Shown one piece after another: positions 10,148-19,397 of a stretch of 64,000 nucleotides of DNA; within the stretch, counting starts at the first letter, position 1; every line of letters starts with the position of its first letter. Source of the DNA: an uncultured Flavobacteriaceae bacterium (lineage in GTDB: Bacteria; Bacteroidota; Bacteroidia; Flavobacteriales; Flavobacteriaceae). Below the pieces are notes generated by a model, which made no database searches, was not told where the DNA came from, and saw only the letters and a list, made by a program, of their open reading frames with translations. Position numbers and translations under genes: made by a program. Location: assembly GCA_937136455.1 (NCBI GenBank), contig CAKZOO010000032.1:27383-91382 (forward strand), given 5' to 3'.

Positions 10148-11422
10148 ATGAGTGATTTTAAATTAGCGACTAATGCCTTACACGCTGGGCATGATGTCAA
10201 TCAAACTTCAGGAACTAGAGCAGTTCCAATATATCAAACTTCTTCTTATGTGTTTAGAGATTCGGATCACGCTGCTGATTTGTTTTCTTTAAAAGAATTA
10301 GGGTTTATCTATACAAGACTCAATAACCCAACCAATCAAATTTTACAAGAGCGATTAGCTGCTGTTGAAGGAGGAATTGGAGCAGTAGTTTTTGCATCAG
10401 GGACTGCAGCGATCAGTACAGGACTCTTAACTTTGTTAAAATCAGGAGATCATATTGTCGCTTCGAGTAGTCTCTATGGAGGTACTTATAATTTATTAAG
10501 TGTAACCCTTCCAAGACTCGGAATTACCACCACTTTTGTAGATGCAAGTGATCCAGCTAATTTTGAAAAGGCTGTTCAAGAAAACACAAGAGCTTTCTTT
10601 GTAGAATCGCTTGGAAATCCAAAACTAGATGTGTTAGATTTGGAAGCGATTGCTAAGGAAGCCCAAAAGGCAGAGGTGCCTTTTATAGTTGATAATACGG
10701 TAGCTTCACCATCACTTTTAAATCCAATTCAGTTCGGAGCAAACCTTGTGATTCACTCTTTGACTAAATTTATTGGAGGGCAAGGAAATTCACTTGGTGG
10801 AGTCATTGTAGATGCTGGAACCTTTGATTGGTCAAACGGTAAATTCCCAGAATTTACAGAGCCTTCTGCAGGTTATCACGGATTAAAATACTACGAGACC
10901 TTAGGAGCAGCTTCCTTTACTTTTAAATTGATTTTAGAAGGACTTAGAGATTTTGGAGGAGCCTTGAGTCCGACCAATGCCTTTAATATTATTCAAGGAT
11001 TGGAAACGTTGGAGGTTCGTATGAAGAAACATTCTGAGAACGCTTTGGAACTCGCAAAATGGTTAGAACAACAAGAGGAAGTCGCTTGGGTAAATTATCC
11101 AGGACTAGAATCTAGTAAGTACAATGCATTGGCAAAAAAATACCTTCCTAAAGGGCAGAGTGGCTTAGTGACCTTTGGTGCTCATGGAGGATTTGAAGCA
11201 GCTAAACACATTGCTAACGAAACCAAATTGTTCTCTCTTCTGGCCAATATAGGAGACACCAAGTCACTTATCATTCACCCTTCGAGTACAACCCATCAAC
11301 AGCTCAACGAAGAAGAACAAAAAAGTTCTGGAGTATCTGCTGATTTGATTAGGCTTTCAGTTGGGTTAGAAGCTATTGAAGATTTAAAAAAGGACTTAAG
11401 AGCAGCTTTTGATTCTTTATAA
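10148..11422 (+). CDS. metY: O-acetylhomoserine aminocarboxypropyltransferase / sulfhydrylase
   Basis: PIYQTSSY, YTRLNNPT, HSLTKF (PLP lysine) and LANIGDTKSLIIHP motifs. Confidence 0.92.
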   Translation: MSDFKLATNALHAGHDVNQTSGTRAVPIYQTSSYVFRDSDHAADLFSLKELGFIYTRLNNPTNQILQERLAAVEGGIGAVVFASGTAAISTGLLTLLKSGDHIVASSSLYGGTYNLLSVTLPRLGITTTFVDASDPANFEKAVQENTRAFFVESLGNPKLDVLDLEAIAKEAQKAEVPFIVDNTVASPSLLNPIQFGANLVIHSLTKFIGGQGNSLGGVIVDAGTFDWSNGKFPEFTEPSAGYHGLKYYETLGAASFTFKLILEGLRDFGGALSPTNAFNIIQGLETLEVRMKKHSENALELAKWLEQQEEVAWVNYPGLESSKYNALAKKYLPKGQSGLVTFGAHGGFEAAKHIANETKLFSLLANIGDTKSLIIHPSSTTHQQLNEEEQKSSGVSADLIRLSVGLEAIEDLKKDLRAAFDSL

Positions 11423-11450
11423 GATTTAAATAGTTAAATAATTCATAATA

Positions 11451-11484
11451 AAACGGTTAGACTTATGTCTGGCCGTTTTTTTTT
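11451..11484 (+). terminator. Intrinsic terminator after metY
   Basis: AAACGGTTAGAC-TTAT-GTCTGGCCGTTT hairpin followed by a T-run. Confidence 0.75.
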
Positions 11485-11511
11485 ATCTTTATAATAGTAC
11501 TAAACCAATAA

Positions 11512-12138
11512 ATGAAGACAGAAGCTTTATATCGATATGCTTTTATATTAGCAGTAATCACCATTGCTTACAATATTGTAGAGGGGTTGTTTTCAACATA
11601 CTTTGGATTTGAAGATGAGAGTTTGGCACTTTTTGGTTTTGGAATGGACAGCTTTATCGAAGTTATTTCTGGTGTTGGAATAGCTCATATGGTTCTGAGA
11701 ATTAAGAAGTATCCCAATGGTGATCGTGATGCATTTGAAAAGACTGCTCTTAGAATCACGGGATCGGCCTTTTATATGTTGGTTATAGGATTGGTCCTAA
11801 GTAGTATTTACAATATCTGGCTGGGACATCAACCCCTGACTACTGCATGGGGAGTATTTATTTCTTCAATCTCAATTATCACCATGTGGATTTTGGTTTA
11901 CTACAAACGAAAAGTAGGTCGCGAATTAAATTCAGCTCCACTTTTAGCAGATGCCAATTGTACCTTGGTCTGTATTTATATGTCAATTATTCTCCTTATT
12001 AGTAGCGGATTATATGAGCTCTTTGGTTTGTTGTATATCGATAGTTTAGGTTCCTTGGGATTGGCCTATTACGCTTTTAAAGAAGGTCGTGAATGCTTCT
12101 TTAAAGCCAAGAGCAATGTTCATTGTTCTTGTGACTAA
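11512..12138 (+). CDS. Cation-diffusion-facilitator-like (TMEM163-type) metal transporter
   Basis: YNIVEG, SLALFGFGMDSFIEVISG and LLADA motifs, plus a C-terminal HCSCD. Confidence 0.8.
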   Translation: MKTEALYRYAFILAVITIAYNIVEGLFSTYFGFEDESLALFGFGMDSFIEVISGVGIAHMVLRIKKYPNGDRDAFEKTALRITGSAFYMLVIGLVLSSIYNIWLGHQPLTTAWGVFISSISIITMWILVYYKRKVGRELNSAPLLADANCTLVCIYMSIILLISSGLYELFGLLYIDSLGSLGLAYYAFKEGRECFFKAKSNVHCSCD

Positions 12139-12208
12139 TGCTTAAGTAACACAGGTTACACCAAAATCATTTGGCTGATGGTATTTTTGTAACTCAAAAC
12201 AATACGAT

Positions 12209-12571
12209 ATGCCAACAGTAAAATTGACAACAGAAAAATTCAAATCAGATATATTTGATTATACCACTGAAAAAGAGTGGAAGTATAAAGGAGACAAACC
12301 TGCTATAATTGATTTCTATGCCGATTGGTGTGGACCTTGTAAAATGGTTGCTCCTATATTAGAAGAATTGAGTGATGAATTTCCGGATATTACAATCTAT
12401 AAAGTAGATACTGAGGTTGAACAAGAACTCTCGGCGGTTTTTCAAATTAGATCTATCCCTAGTATCTTGTTTATTCCGATGGATAAACAACCAATGATGC
12501 AAGCTGGAGCCTTACCAAAACACTCCTTAGAAGAAATTATTTCTAAAGAACTCCTTACTAGCGTTTCATAA
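12209..12571 (+). CDS. trxA: Thioredoxin
   Basis: DFYADWCGPCK active site. Confidence 0.92.
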   Translation: MPTVKLTTEKFKSDIFDYTTEKEWKYKGDKPAIIDFYADWCGPCKMVAPILEELSDEFPDITIYKVDTEVEQELSAVFQIRSIPSILFIPMDKQPMMQAGALPKHSLEEIISKELLTSVS

Positions 12572-12595
12572 TTCAAGCTAGTTTATTTTGATTTG

Positions 12596-12626
12596 AAAGC
12601 TGTACCCTCAGGTACGGCTTTTTTTT
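12596..12626. terminator. Intrinsic terminator between convergent trxA and GNAT genes
   Basis: AAAGCTGTACC-CTCA-GGTACGGCTTT hairpin plus T-run. Confidence 0.75.
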
Positions 12627-13113
12627 ATTGTCCAACTACTTTACTTCTTCGTTCCAAAAGGAGATTGTCTTTCCAAACTCCGTTTAGTTTTCCAATTTTT
12701 TCTCGATACCCAATGATTCTAAAACCACATTTTTCATGAAGGGCAATACTAGCTTTATTTGCTTTCATGATTCCACACTGAAGAGTCCATATCCCATTAG
12801 CTTCACTAATCTCAATAAGTTTGTTCAATAGTTTTGTTCCCACTCCTTTCCCCTTTGCAGCTGCAGTAACATAGATGGAGTTTTCAGCGACACCACCATA
12901 GACACAACGATCAGAAACCTTAGCTAAAGAAGCCCATCCTAGAACTTGATCATTTTCAATTGCGAGTATTCTTCCAAAGGGAAGATGAGCCTTGTCCCAG
13001 TCTTCAAAAGAAGGTGCTTTGGTTTCAAAAGTAGCCATACCTGTAGCGATGCCTTCAAGATAGATTTGAGCAAGCTGGGGATAGTATTCTTTTGATAGGG
13101 CTTTAAATTCCAT
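12625..13113 (-). CDS. GNAT N-acetyltransferase, phosphinothricin/arsinothricin (Pat/ArsN1-like)
   Basis: ATFET, SDRCVYGGVAENSIYV, GKGVGTKLL and N.ASIALHEKCGF motifs. Likely start is ATG 13113. Confidence 0.85.
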   Translation of the reverse strand: MEFKALSKEYYPQLAQIYLEGIATGMATFETKAPSFEDWDKAHLPFGRILAIENDQVLGWASLAKVSDRCVYGGVAENSIYVTAAAKGKGVGTKLLNKLIEISEANGIWTLQCGIMKANKASIALHEKCGFRIIGYREKIGKLNGVWKDNLLLERRSKVVGQ

Positions 13114-13114
13114 A

Positions 13115-13579
13115 TTAGCAACAACCGCTACCAGGTTCACAACAAGAAGATTGGAGTTCTGATAGCTTTACTTTTGGTTTTTGAACATCAATTCCACAAT
13201 TGTCTTTGGCTAAACAATCCGTTTGTGTAGGCATCAAAACAAAGGCATCTTCTTCAAAGATGAGATTGTATTTGCTAATAGTATTTGTCTGATATTCTAC
13301 TTCGATTTCAGCATCTTTTAGCTCTAAAGACTTTTCAGATAATTCAATAATATGGATTAGCTTTTCTGGAGCTAATCGATGATCTTTATCGTCCGAATAC
13401 CACAATTGGAAATTTATTTTTTCTTCTCTTCGAATGGTTCCTCCACAATCGATAAACTGTTTGTCAATCCATCCGATTTCAGTAACGTGAAAATGCTTGG
13501 GAACAAGACTTCCATCCCAGAGTTTAAACTGTAAAAAATCAACAGTTTTTATGTGTTCTTTTAGTTCTGATAATTTCAT
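13115..13579 (-). CDS. DUF6428 family protein (ars-cluster associated, Cys-rich C-terminus)
   Basis: VPKHFHVTEIG...FIDCGG, TDCLAKDNCG and SCCEPGSGCC motifs. Confidence 0.8.
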   Translation of the reverse strand: MKLSELKEHIKTVDFLQFKLWDGSLVPKHFHVTEIGWIDKQFIDCGGTIRREEKINFQLWYSDDKDHRLAPEKLIHIIELSEKSLELKDAEIEVEYQTNTISKYNLIFEEDAFVLMPTQTDCLAKDNCGIDVQKPKVKLSELQSSCCEPGSGCC

Positions 13580-13586
13580 AATTCAA

Positions 13587-13612
13587 TATTTATCGCAATA
13601 TTACGATAAATA
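13587..13612. promoter_or_regulatory. ArsR-type operator palindrome TATTTATCGCAATATTACGATAAATA
   Basis: 26-bp palindrome with one mismatched pair, directly upstream of the DUF6428-GNAT operon. The ArsR assignment comes from gene context. Confidence 0.65.
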
Positions 13613-13637
13613 AATGAAACGAGCTTACTATTTTACT

Positions 13638-15314
13638 TTAATTAGTGTTAAAAAGTTGGTCTAAAATTTTTTCAGTAATTAAATAGGTGGGCTTAACACC
13701 AGTGTTTCCAAGTCCACCAGAAGCTAAGGTACTTCCAGTTTCTAAGGGGTTATCAGATGCGTAGTAGGCATAGCGAACAACGATATCAGGTTTGATATTC
13801 CCTCGAATCTTCGATGCTGCTTGAATCGCTTTTTGATAGTGAACACCCTCCATTTCTAATCCGATTACATTCCAAGAAGAATGCTTAAAATAACTCAACA
13901 GTTCTTTGTTTTGTAGAGAGGTTCCCAAAACTGAAATCATCGTTCCCTCTTGAACTCCCAACTCACTATTTGAAAAATCACTAGCCTTTAATTGGTTGTC
14001 AAATGGGTAATTGTCTGCAGTACCTTCAAAAATATGAGCATTGGGAATCATCAGATCCCCTTTTTTACCCTCTAAGATTCCGGCTTTACCCATAATGGAT
14101 ATGGATTGCATATTTAAATATTGAGCATTATTGTTAACTTGAATGGGTTTTAAAAATTCGTCGATGGTTTCAAAGGCCTGTTCTCCAAAGGCGTAATCCA
14201 TCACAATCAGCACAGGAGCATATTGTCGATCTTCAGGGCTGTAATAGCTGCAGGCTTCTTCATTGCAAATGGCCATGTCGAATACTTGAACATCGATATT
14301 GGTCCCCGATTGATCTTTGAGGTAAATCATTCCATTCTTTTGAGCGTAGTTGAGTACTTTGGTTCTCAATTGTTCGTTTTGTGGTTCGCTCAATGCCTGA
14401 TAAATATTCAGATGAGGTTTTTTGTCAAACTCAGCTCCCAGGGCTTTTGGAGCGAATAAAGCATTCATCACCGAGTGCATATTAGCGCTAATTAAATGAA
14501 TCGGTCTGTTGATGAGCTTCTTTTTTATGAGAATGTCTTTGATATTATTAGCCCATTTTTCACCGTAGATATGATGTCCCAGACGCTCTCTTAGAAGTGG
14601 ACTAAATCGGATGACTCTGGCATTCGAATTAACTTTTTCGTCTAAGGCTAACTTTCCCATCCCATAGATAATGTCGATAAACCTATGAGGTTCTTCTTTA
14701 GTCGCAAAATGACGGTGGGCCTCTTCTACTTCAGTATAGGTTCGACCCATTAAACTCGCCAAATGAATCAAGGTGTTTTCAAGTTCCATTTGATTGAGTT
14801 TCTTTTTAGAAACCGCAGCTTCAATTTTAATCCAATCTCTATTGAGAGACTTGCTTTCACCGGTGTAAATTCTCTTTAATAGTTTATCTGCTTCGATGTA
14901 TAAGAAGGTCAAATGCGTCAAAATATCATAAATGTCGGATCTTCCACGTGTGATTTCAATATTCATCTGTTCAGGATCGATGCGGTAGCAGTTCCTTCTT
15001 CTCTTAGCTGGAATAATTGCTTTAAAATGCGTTTTGCTAAATCCTTCATCCGAAGTTAGATTGATGTGATTGCAGTGATGAATCCCAGCAGGAAGTCGAT
15101 CGAGTATGTATTTGAGACCGTCGATTTCATTTTTTTCATCTGCAATACTACCGTAAATCTCAGGAGATAATTCCAAAAGAGCTGATCTCAATTCTTCTCC
15201 TGAGTTGCCCATTGGTTTGTAAAAACCTCTGCTAATTAAATACTGCATGGAGATATAAAGCCTTTTAATCGCATTGGTTGAATTGCGTGCCTTATTTTTA
15301 TCAAATACATTCAT
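13638..15314 (-). CDS. Conserved Flavobacteria protein (DUF6909-like; nucleoside-phosphorylase-like C-terminal region)
   Basis: RRRNCYRID, MDYAFGEQA, SIMGKAG and GLEMEG motifs. Confidence 0.75.
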   Translation of the reverse strand: MNVFDKNKARNSTNAIKRLYISMQYLISRGFYKPMGNSGEELRSALLELSPEIYGSIADEKNEIDGLKYILDRLPAGIHHCNHINLTSDEGFSKTHFKAIIPAKRRRNCYRIDPEQMNIEITRGRSDIYDILTHLTFLYIEADKLLKRIYTGESKSLNRDWIKIEAAVSKKKLNQMELENTLIHLASLMGRTYTEVEEAHRHFATKEEPHRFIDIIYGMGKLALDEKVNSNARVIRFSPLLRERLGHHIYGEKWANNIKDILIKKKLINRPIHLISANMHSVMNALFAPKALGAEFDKKPHLNIYQALSEPQNEQLRTKVLNYAQKNGMIYLKDQSGTNIDVQVFDMAICNEEACSYYSPEDRQYAPVLIVMDYAFGEQAFETIDEFLKPIQVNNNAQYLNMQSISIMGKAGILEGKKGDLMIPNAHIFEGTADNYPFDNQLKASDFSNSELGVQEGTMISVLGTSLQNKELLSYFKHSSWNVIGLEMEGVHYQKAIQAASKIRGNIKPDIVVRYAYYASDNPLETGSTLASGGLGNTGVKPTYLITEKILDQLFNTN

Positions 15315-15400
15315 AGATAGGGGTTTGATAACTCTAATTTATGAATTATTTCGTTCAAGATGCTGACATAAAGCTAGTTTGAACAAAAACATCAAAATAA

Positions 15401-15461
15401 TGTAAATAAAACTTTACATTTGAATAAAAACAATTATATTTGTAAATAAAACTTTACATTT
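15401..15461. promoter_or_regulatory. Two identical operators TGTAAATAAAACTTTACATTT flanking a TATATTTG promoter
   Basis: Exact 21-bp direct repeat at 15401-15421 and 15441-15461. Each copy is TGTAAA-N6-TTTACA. The -7 element at 15435-15442 overlaps the second copy. Confidence 0.8.
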
Positions 15462-15854
15462 ATGAAACAAGAACGCAAAAAAAGAGTATTGAAATTAGCA
15501 CTATGGACCTGGAGTTGGGTCGGAAGTTTAGCAGTTGCAACCTTTGGGTATCAATTTTTTTGGAATCAGTCAAAAACCCTAACATTAGTAACTATCCTAT
15601 TGAATTTGTTCATTGGAATTGGCATGATTGTAGCGAATCGAAATCTGTTTAATCATTTTGATGAGCTCGAGAAAAAAATTCATTTAGAATCTCTAGCAAT
15701 CACCTTAGGACTAACCGTTGTTGTTGGTCTTACCTACAGTTTATTTGACCAAACCAACATCATACAAAAAGATGCTGAAATAGGTTTTCTAGTTGGGTTT
15801 ATTGGAATCACCTACTTGATTTCACTTTTGATTAGTAGAAAGAAGTATTTATGA
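15462..15854 (+). CDS. Four-TM membrane protein (DUF2178-like) coupled to an XRE regulator
   Basis: DELEKKIHLESLA motif between TM pairs. Overlaps the downstream HTH gene. Confidence 0.7.
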   Translation: MKQERKKRVLKLALWTWSWVGSLAVATFGYQFFWNQSKTLTLVTILLNLFIGIGMIVANRNLFNHFDELEKKIHLESLAITLGLTVVVGLTYSLFDQTNIIQKDAEIGFLVGFIGITYLISLLISRKKYL

Positions 15855-16042
15855 AAAATAGAGTACGAGAATTTCGAAAGTCACATGGTTTAACCCAAGA
15901 ACAATTAGCCGAGATAATTGAAGTTTCAAGGCAAACGATCAATGCTATCGAAATGCAAAAATTTGATCCTAGTTTACCAACTGCATTTAAAATGTCGAAA
16001 CTTTTTAAAACCACAATTGAAGAATTATTTCTGTATGAATAA
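15851..16042 (+). CDS. XRE/Cro-CI family HTH regulator
   Basis: LTQEQLAEIIEVSRQTINAIE...DPSL..AFKMSKLF...IEELF. Confidence 0.92.
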   Translation: MKNRVREFRKSHGLTQEQLAEIIEVSRQTINAIEMQKFDPSLPTAFKMSKLFKTTIEELFLYE

Positions 16043-16108
16043 TTAAAAAATAGGATATATTTGGTATGTTTTTTGTGGTTGAATACGAAAATAATCAGTA
16101 ATTAAATT

Positions 16109-16282
16109 ATGAGAATCATATCCCTCTTATCCGTTTTTGCATTAATTCTATTAGGAACATCTATAAGCTCCTGTTCGAGTTTAAAGTCAGCTTCTAGTTC
16201 TGTTAAAACAGAAGTTTCTAAAATAGACCTACCGCCGAATGTTTCTTCTAATAAACTTTCAAAGAAACGATTGAAGAATTAA
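16109..16282 (+). CDS. Small 57-aa lipoprotein (not in ORF track)
   Basis: MRIISLLSVFALILLGTSISSC-SSLKSASSSVKTEVSKIDLPPNVSSNKLSKKRLKN: hydrophobic signal and lipobox Cys. TATATTTG promoter at 16056-16063. Confidence 0.6.
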   Translation: MRIISLLSVFALILLGTSISSCSSLKSASSSVKTEVSKIDLPPNVSSNKLSKKRLKN

Positions 16283-16824
16283 CCGCGTTTCTTGCGTTTG
16301 ATTTTAATTGGATTGCGCCAGAGCAAATAGCCACTGATGGACATAAAGAGTAGTCCCAAGGAAATCAGTGTGGTATAGATGATTTTGGAGGTATTGCTAT
16401 CTGTGAAATAGAAATCGATGATCGAGCCGTCGTGTAGTCGTTCAATGAAGTGATCGGCTCTTGTGGATACAGATACGATGGCTCCAGTCTGTAGGTCAAT
16501 TTGAAGCTCAGTAAAGTGCTTTTTATATAGAATTTTTGCAATTCCTTTGGAAGGTCTTATGTCGATGCGATCGATTTGAGAATCGAGATGGAGTTGCTCT
16601 TGGGCATAAACTTTAGCAATAGAATCAATTCTTTTTATTGAAATCCATTGGTCGGAATCGATTTGAGTGGCACTTTCAGTTTGGGGTTTTAAACCAATTT
16701 CGTCTTTAATTCCCAAAAGTAAACCGCTGATAGAAATCAACAGAACCAACACCATTAGGATGATGCCAATTTTTTTGTGGAGCGACCTAGTTTGCCTAGT
16801 TTGTTGTACTAACTTTTTTGTCAT
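16279..16824 (-). CDS. PepSY-associated TM helix protein
   Basis: RSLHKKIG, ISGLLLG, IERLHDGS and SGYLLW motifs. Confidence 0.8.
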   Translation of the reverse strand: MTKKLVQQTRQTRSLHKKIGIILMVLVLLISISGLLLGIKDEIGLKPQTESATQIDSDQWISIKRIDSIAKVYAQEQLHLDSQIDRIDIRPSKGIAKILYKKHFTELQIDLQTGAIVSVSTRADHFIERLHDGSIIDFYFTDSNTSKIIYTTLISLGLLFMSISGYLLWRNPIKIKRKKRG

Positions 16825-16958
16825 GAGGGTAGTCTAAAATAAGACAAAATTTTAAAGAATTCTCAGCTTGTATTTGAATTTTAACACAGTGAACTAGTTT
16901 CCAAATCTTTTGATATCTTTAATAGCGTAATTAATGTTAATCAAATAGTTGAGGTCCG

Positions 16959-17741
16959 ATGTCAAAATTAAATATTGCTCTTGTACAAACACCATTAGTT
17001 TGGCATAATCCACCTGAAAACAGGAACTTGATCAAAGCGAAGCTGGATGCGTTTTTTCAAACCAATAAGCACTTTGATTTAGTAGTGCTGCCCGAGACCT
17101 TTACTACAGGCTTTACTATGACTCCAGAGGCTATTGATTATACAGAGGCTGGACTGACCATCTCCTGGATGCAATATTTAGCTCGTATGTACAATACAGC
17201 AATATGTGGTAGCATTGTTGTAAAAGAAGGAGCGACTTACTACAATCGATTTTGTTTTGTACACCCTGACACAAAGGTGGAACACTATGACAAACACCAC
17301 ACTTATACTCCTGCAGGTGAATCCGAGGCTTATGGGCAAGGAAGTGAACGAACACTGATCCAGTACAAAGGCTTTGTAATACGACCTTTAATTTGTTATG
17401 ATTTGAGATTTCCGGTGTGGAGTCGAAATGATCAAAATTACGATGTATTGCTTTATGTTGCTAATTGGCCTAGTCCTAGAATAGGGGCTTGGGATACTCT
17501 TTTAAAAGCAAGAGCTATCGAGAATATGTCCTATGCTGTTGGAGTGAATCGACTGGGTGACGATCCTAATGGAAATCATTATCCTGGACATTCCTCCATC
17601 TATGATCCCCTAGGAAATCAATTGTTGTTTTCAAAAGAAGATGGTATTAGTGTCGGAACCATCGACAAGGAATTCATCACCTCCGCTCGAACAAAACTCA
17701 ACTTCTTAGCAGACCGAGATCATTTTCAAATAAACCTCTAA
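16959..17741 (+). CDS. Nitrilase-family omega-amidase (YafV-like)
   Basis: LPETFTTGF, YDKHH and ICYDLRFP catalytic triad motifs. Confidence 0.9.
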   Translation: MSKLNIALVQTPLVWHNPPENRNLIKAKLDAFFQTNKHFDLVVLPETFTTGFTMTPEAIDYTEAGLTISWMQYLARMYNTAICGSIVVKEGATYYNRFCFVHPDTKVEHYDKHHTYTPAGESEAYGQGSERTLIQYKGFVIRPLICYDLRFPVWSRNDQNYDVLLYVANWPSPRIGAWDTLLKARAIENMSYAVGVNRLGDDPNGNHYPGHSSIYDPLGNQLLFSKEDGISVGTIDKEFITSARTKLNFLADRDHFQINL

Positions 17742-19355
17742 TTAGAAGGGAAGTAACAGATCTTGTTGAATGTCCCAGTTGGAGCGTACATCGATGAGTT
17801 CACTGTGATAGTGAACTAATTCAGCTTTTTGTTTTTTAAGTAACGATCCCGGATCCCACTCTCCGTTTTCATTAGAATCCAACAATACTCTTATGTAGTA
17901 CTTTTGAGGCTCCAGATGTTTGAAAGACAAACTGTTCTCCTTAGGGTGAACAATTCTTCTTTGAACTGATAATTTCTCATCCAAGAGTTCGATGATGATG
18001 GGGTCTTGAGTAATTCTATTAATGGATAGGTTCAGAGTTCCGTAATAGGTTAGTTTTTTTACTGAAAGATTATAGCGTAGACTATCGTTAGTGTGCTCGT
18101 AAAAATCCTCCAAGGCACCAGGCATTAAATAGATGAAATACGAATTTTCTAATTGTTTTTCAAAATCGATGACTAATTGATTCTTAACACTGTCTAGGCT
18201 TACATTAAAAGGAGTGTTGATGGTGTCTTTATCAATAATTGTAATTTTAGAAGGATCAATTCTTTCAATTGGAGTATTGGCTCCAATTAAAAAAGAATCG
18301 GTCAACTCTTTGTTTTTTTGTGAAACGGATTTGATGATAAGAGAGTCAGAATCTAAGGTTCTGATTTTAATTGTGAGGGTATCGATAAAACCAGAGGGTC
18401 TTTCTTCAATTTTTAGCACTAAAGAATCAGCTTTGAGATCCTTGAACCAATAGTTGAGACTGTCTTTATCACCATCCCTTAGGAGTCTGAATTGAGCCTC
18501 TTTATTGAGTTCATTTAGTGGAGTGATCTTTAAATCTTTAGGAGTTCCAAAATATCCCAGACTAATTCTGTTATTGGTTTCAAGCTTTGGAAAAGCTACT
18601 GAAAAATCTGGGTTTTCAAAAAAGGTTTTTAGACTCACAACGGAGTCTTTAGGAATTTCAATAGCTCGATCTAAAAATCCAATTTGATCCACCAAAGGAT
18701 CGAATAAGTTGTTATTGTTGTTGTCTTTAAGGGCAAAAACTTCATAGGTACCCTCTCTAAGGTTTTTAAGTTCGAAGACCTTGAGACTGTCCAAGGTTGA
18801 GGTGATATAGGAAGGAGGTCTTTTGTACACAGCAGAGTCTGTATAAGTGCTATCCCTTCTGTAAAGCATGACACTGATAAAAGATTCGGGCTGCGGCATA
18901 AAGGCGTCTTTTACTGTTCCTTTTAAGCTCAAAGAATCGAGAACGCTTCCAGTTGAAAACACATATCTAAAAAAAGAAAGCGGATTCCCCTCGTTGTAAT
19001 CTTCAATACTCTGTCCAAAACTAAAAGCATAGGTAGTGTTTTCTTGAAGGGTGTCTGCGATAATGACTTCAAGAGACTTCGATGCCCTTAGTGATGGAGC
19101 GAATTCTACAGCGTATTTTAAAGGAGGAGAGACAATCAGTTGCTGATCTATATTTTTAAGCTGTACGTATTCATCAAAGTACAACTTAAAGGATTGACCT
19201 TTAAATTCAACGGATTCATTTGCAGGATCTGCTTTGATGAGCATCGGAGGAGTCTCGTCCCTCGGGCCTCCACTAGGTCTTCCTCTTCGAGCACATTGAA
19301 CCGTGGTCAGTGCGATCAATAGGATGAATATACTGCTTAAAAATCGTTGCATCAT
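17742..19355 (-). CDS. Ig-like (Big_5) domain lipoprotein
   Basis: Lipobox VQC followed by PSGGPRDETPP and FDEYV. Likely ATG start at 19355. Confidence 0.8.
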   Translation of the reverse strand: MMQRFLSSIFILLIALTTVQCARRGRPSGGPRDETPPMLIKADPANESVEFKGQSFKLYFDEYVQLKNIDQQLIVSPPLKYAVEFAPSLRASKSLEVIIADTLQENTTYAFSFGQSIEDYNEGNPLSFFRYVFSTGSVLDSLSLKGTVKDAFMPQPESFISVMLYRRDSTYTDSAVYKRPPSYITSTLDSLKVFELKNLREGTYEVFALKDNNNNNLFDPLVDQIGFLDRAIEIPKDSVVSLKTFFENPDFSVAFPKLETNNRISLGYFGTPKDLKITPLNELNKEAQFRLLRDGDKDSLNYWFKDLKADSLVLKIEERPSGFIDTLTIKIRTLDSDSLIIKSVSQKNKELTDSFLIGANTPIERIDPSKITIIDKDTINTPFNVSLDSVKNQLVIDFEKQLENSYFIYLMPGALEDFYEHTNDSLRYNLSVKKLTYYGTLNLSINRITQDPIIIELLDEKLSVQRRIVHPKENSLSFKHLEPQKYYIRVLLDSNENGEWDPGSLLKKQKAELVHYHSELIDVRSNWDIQQDLLLPF

Positions 19356-19397
19356 AGAAGGCAAAGTTACACAAAAACCGATTGTTATAACAGGCTT

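Noticed and set aside
15401-15461. Mini CRISPR array
   Set aside because: Only two 21-bp repeats with a 19-bp spacer and no cas genes. Better explained as operators.
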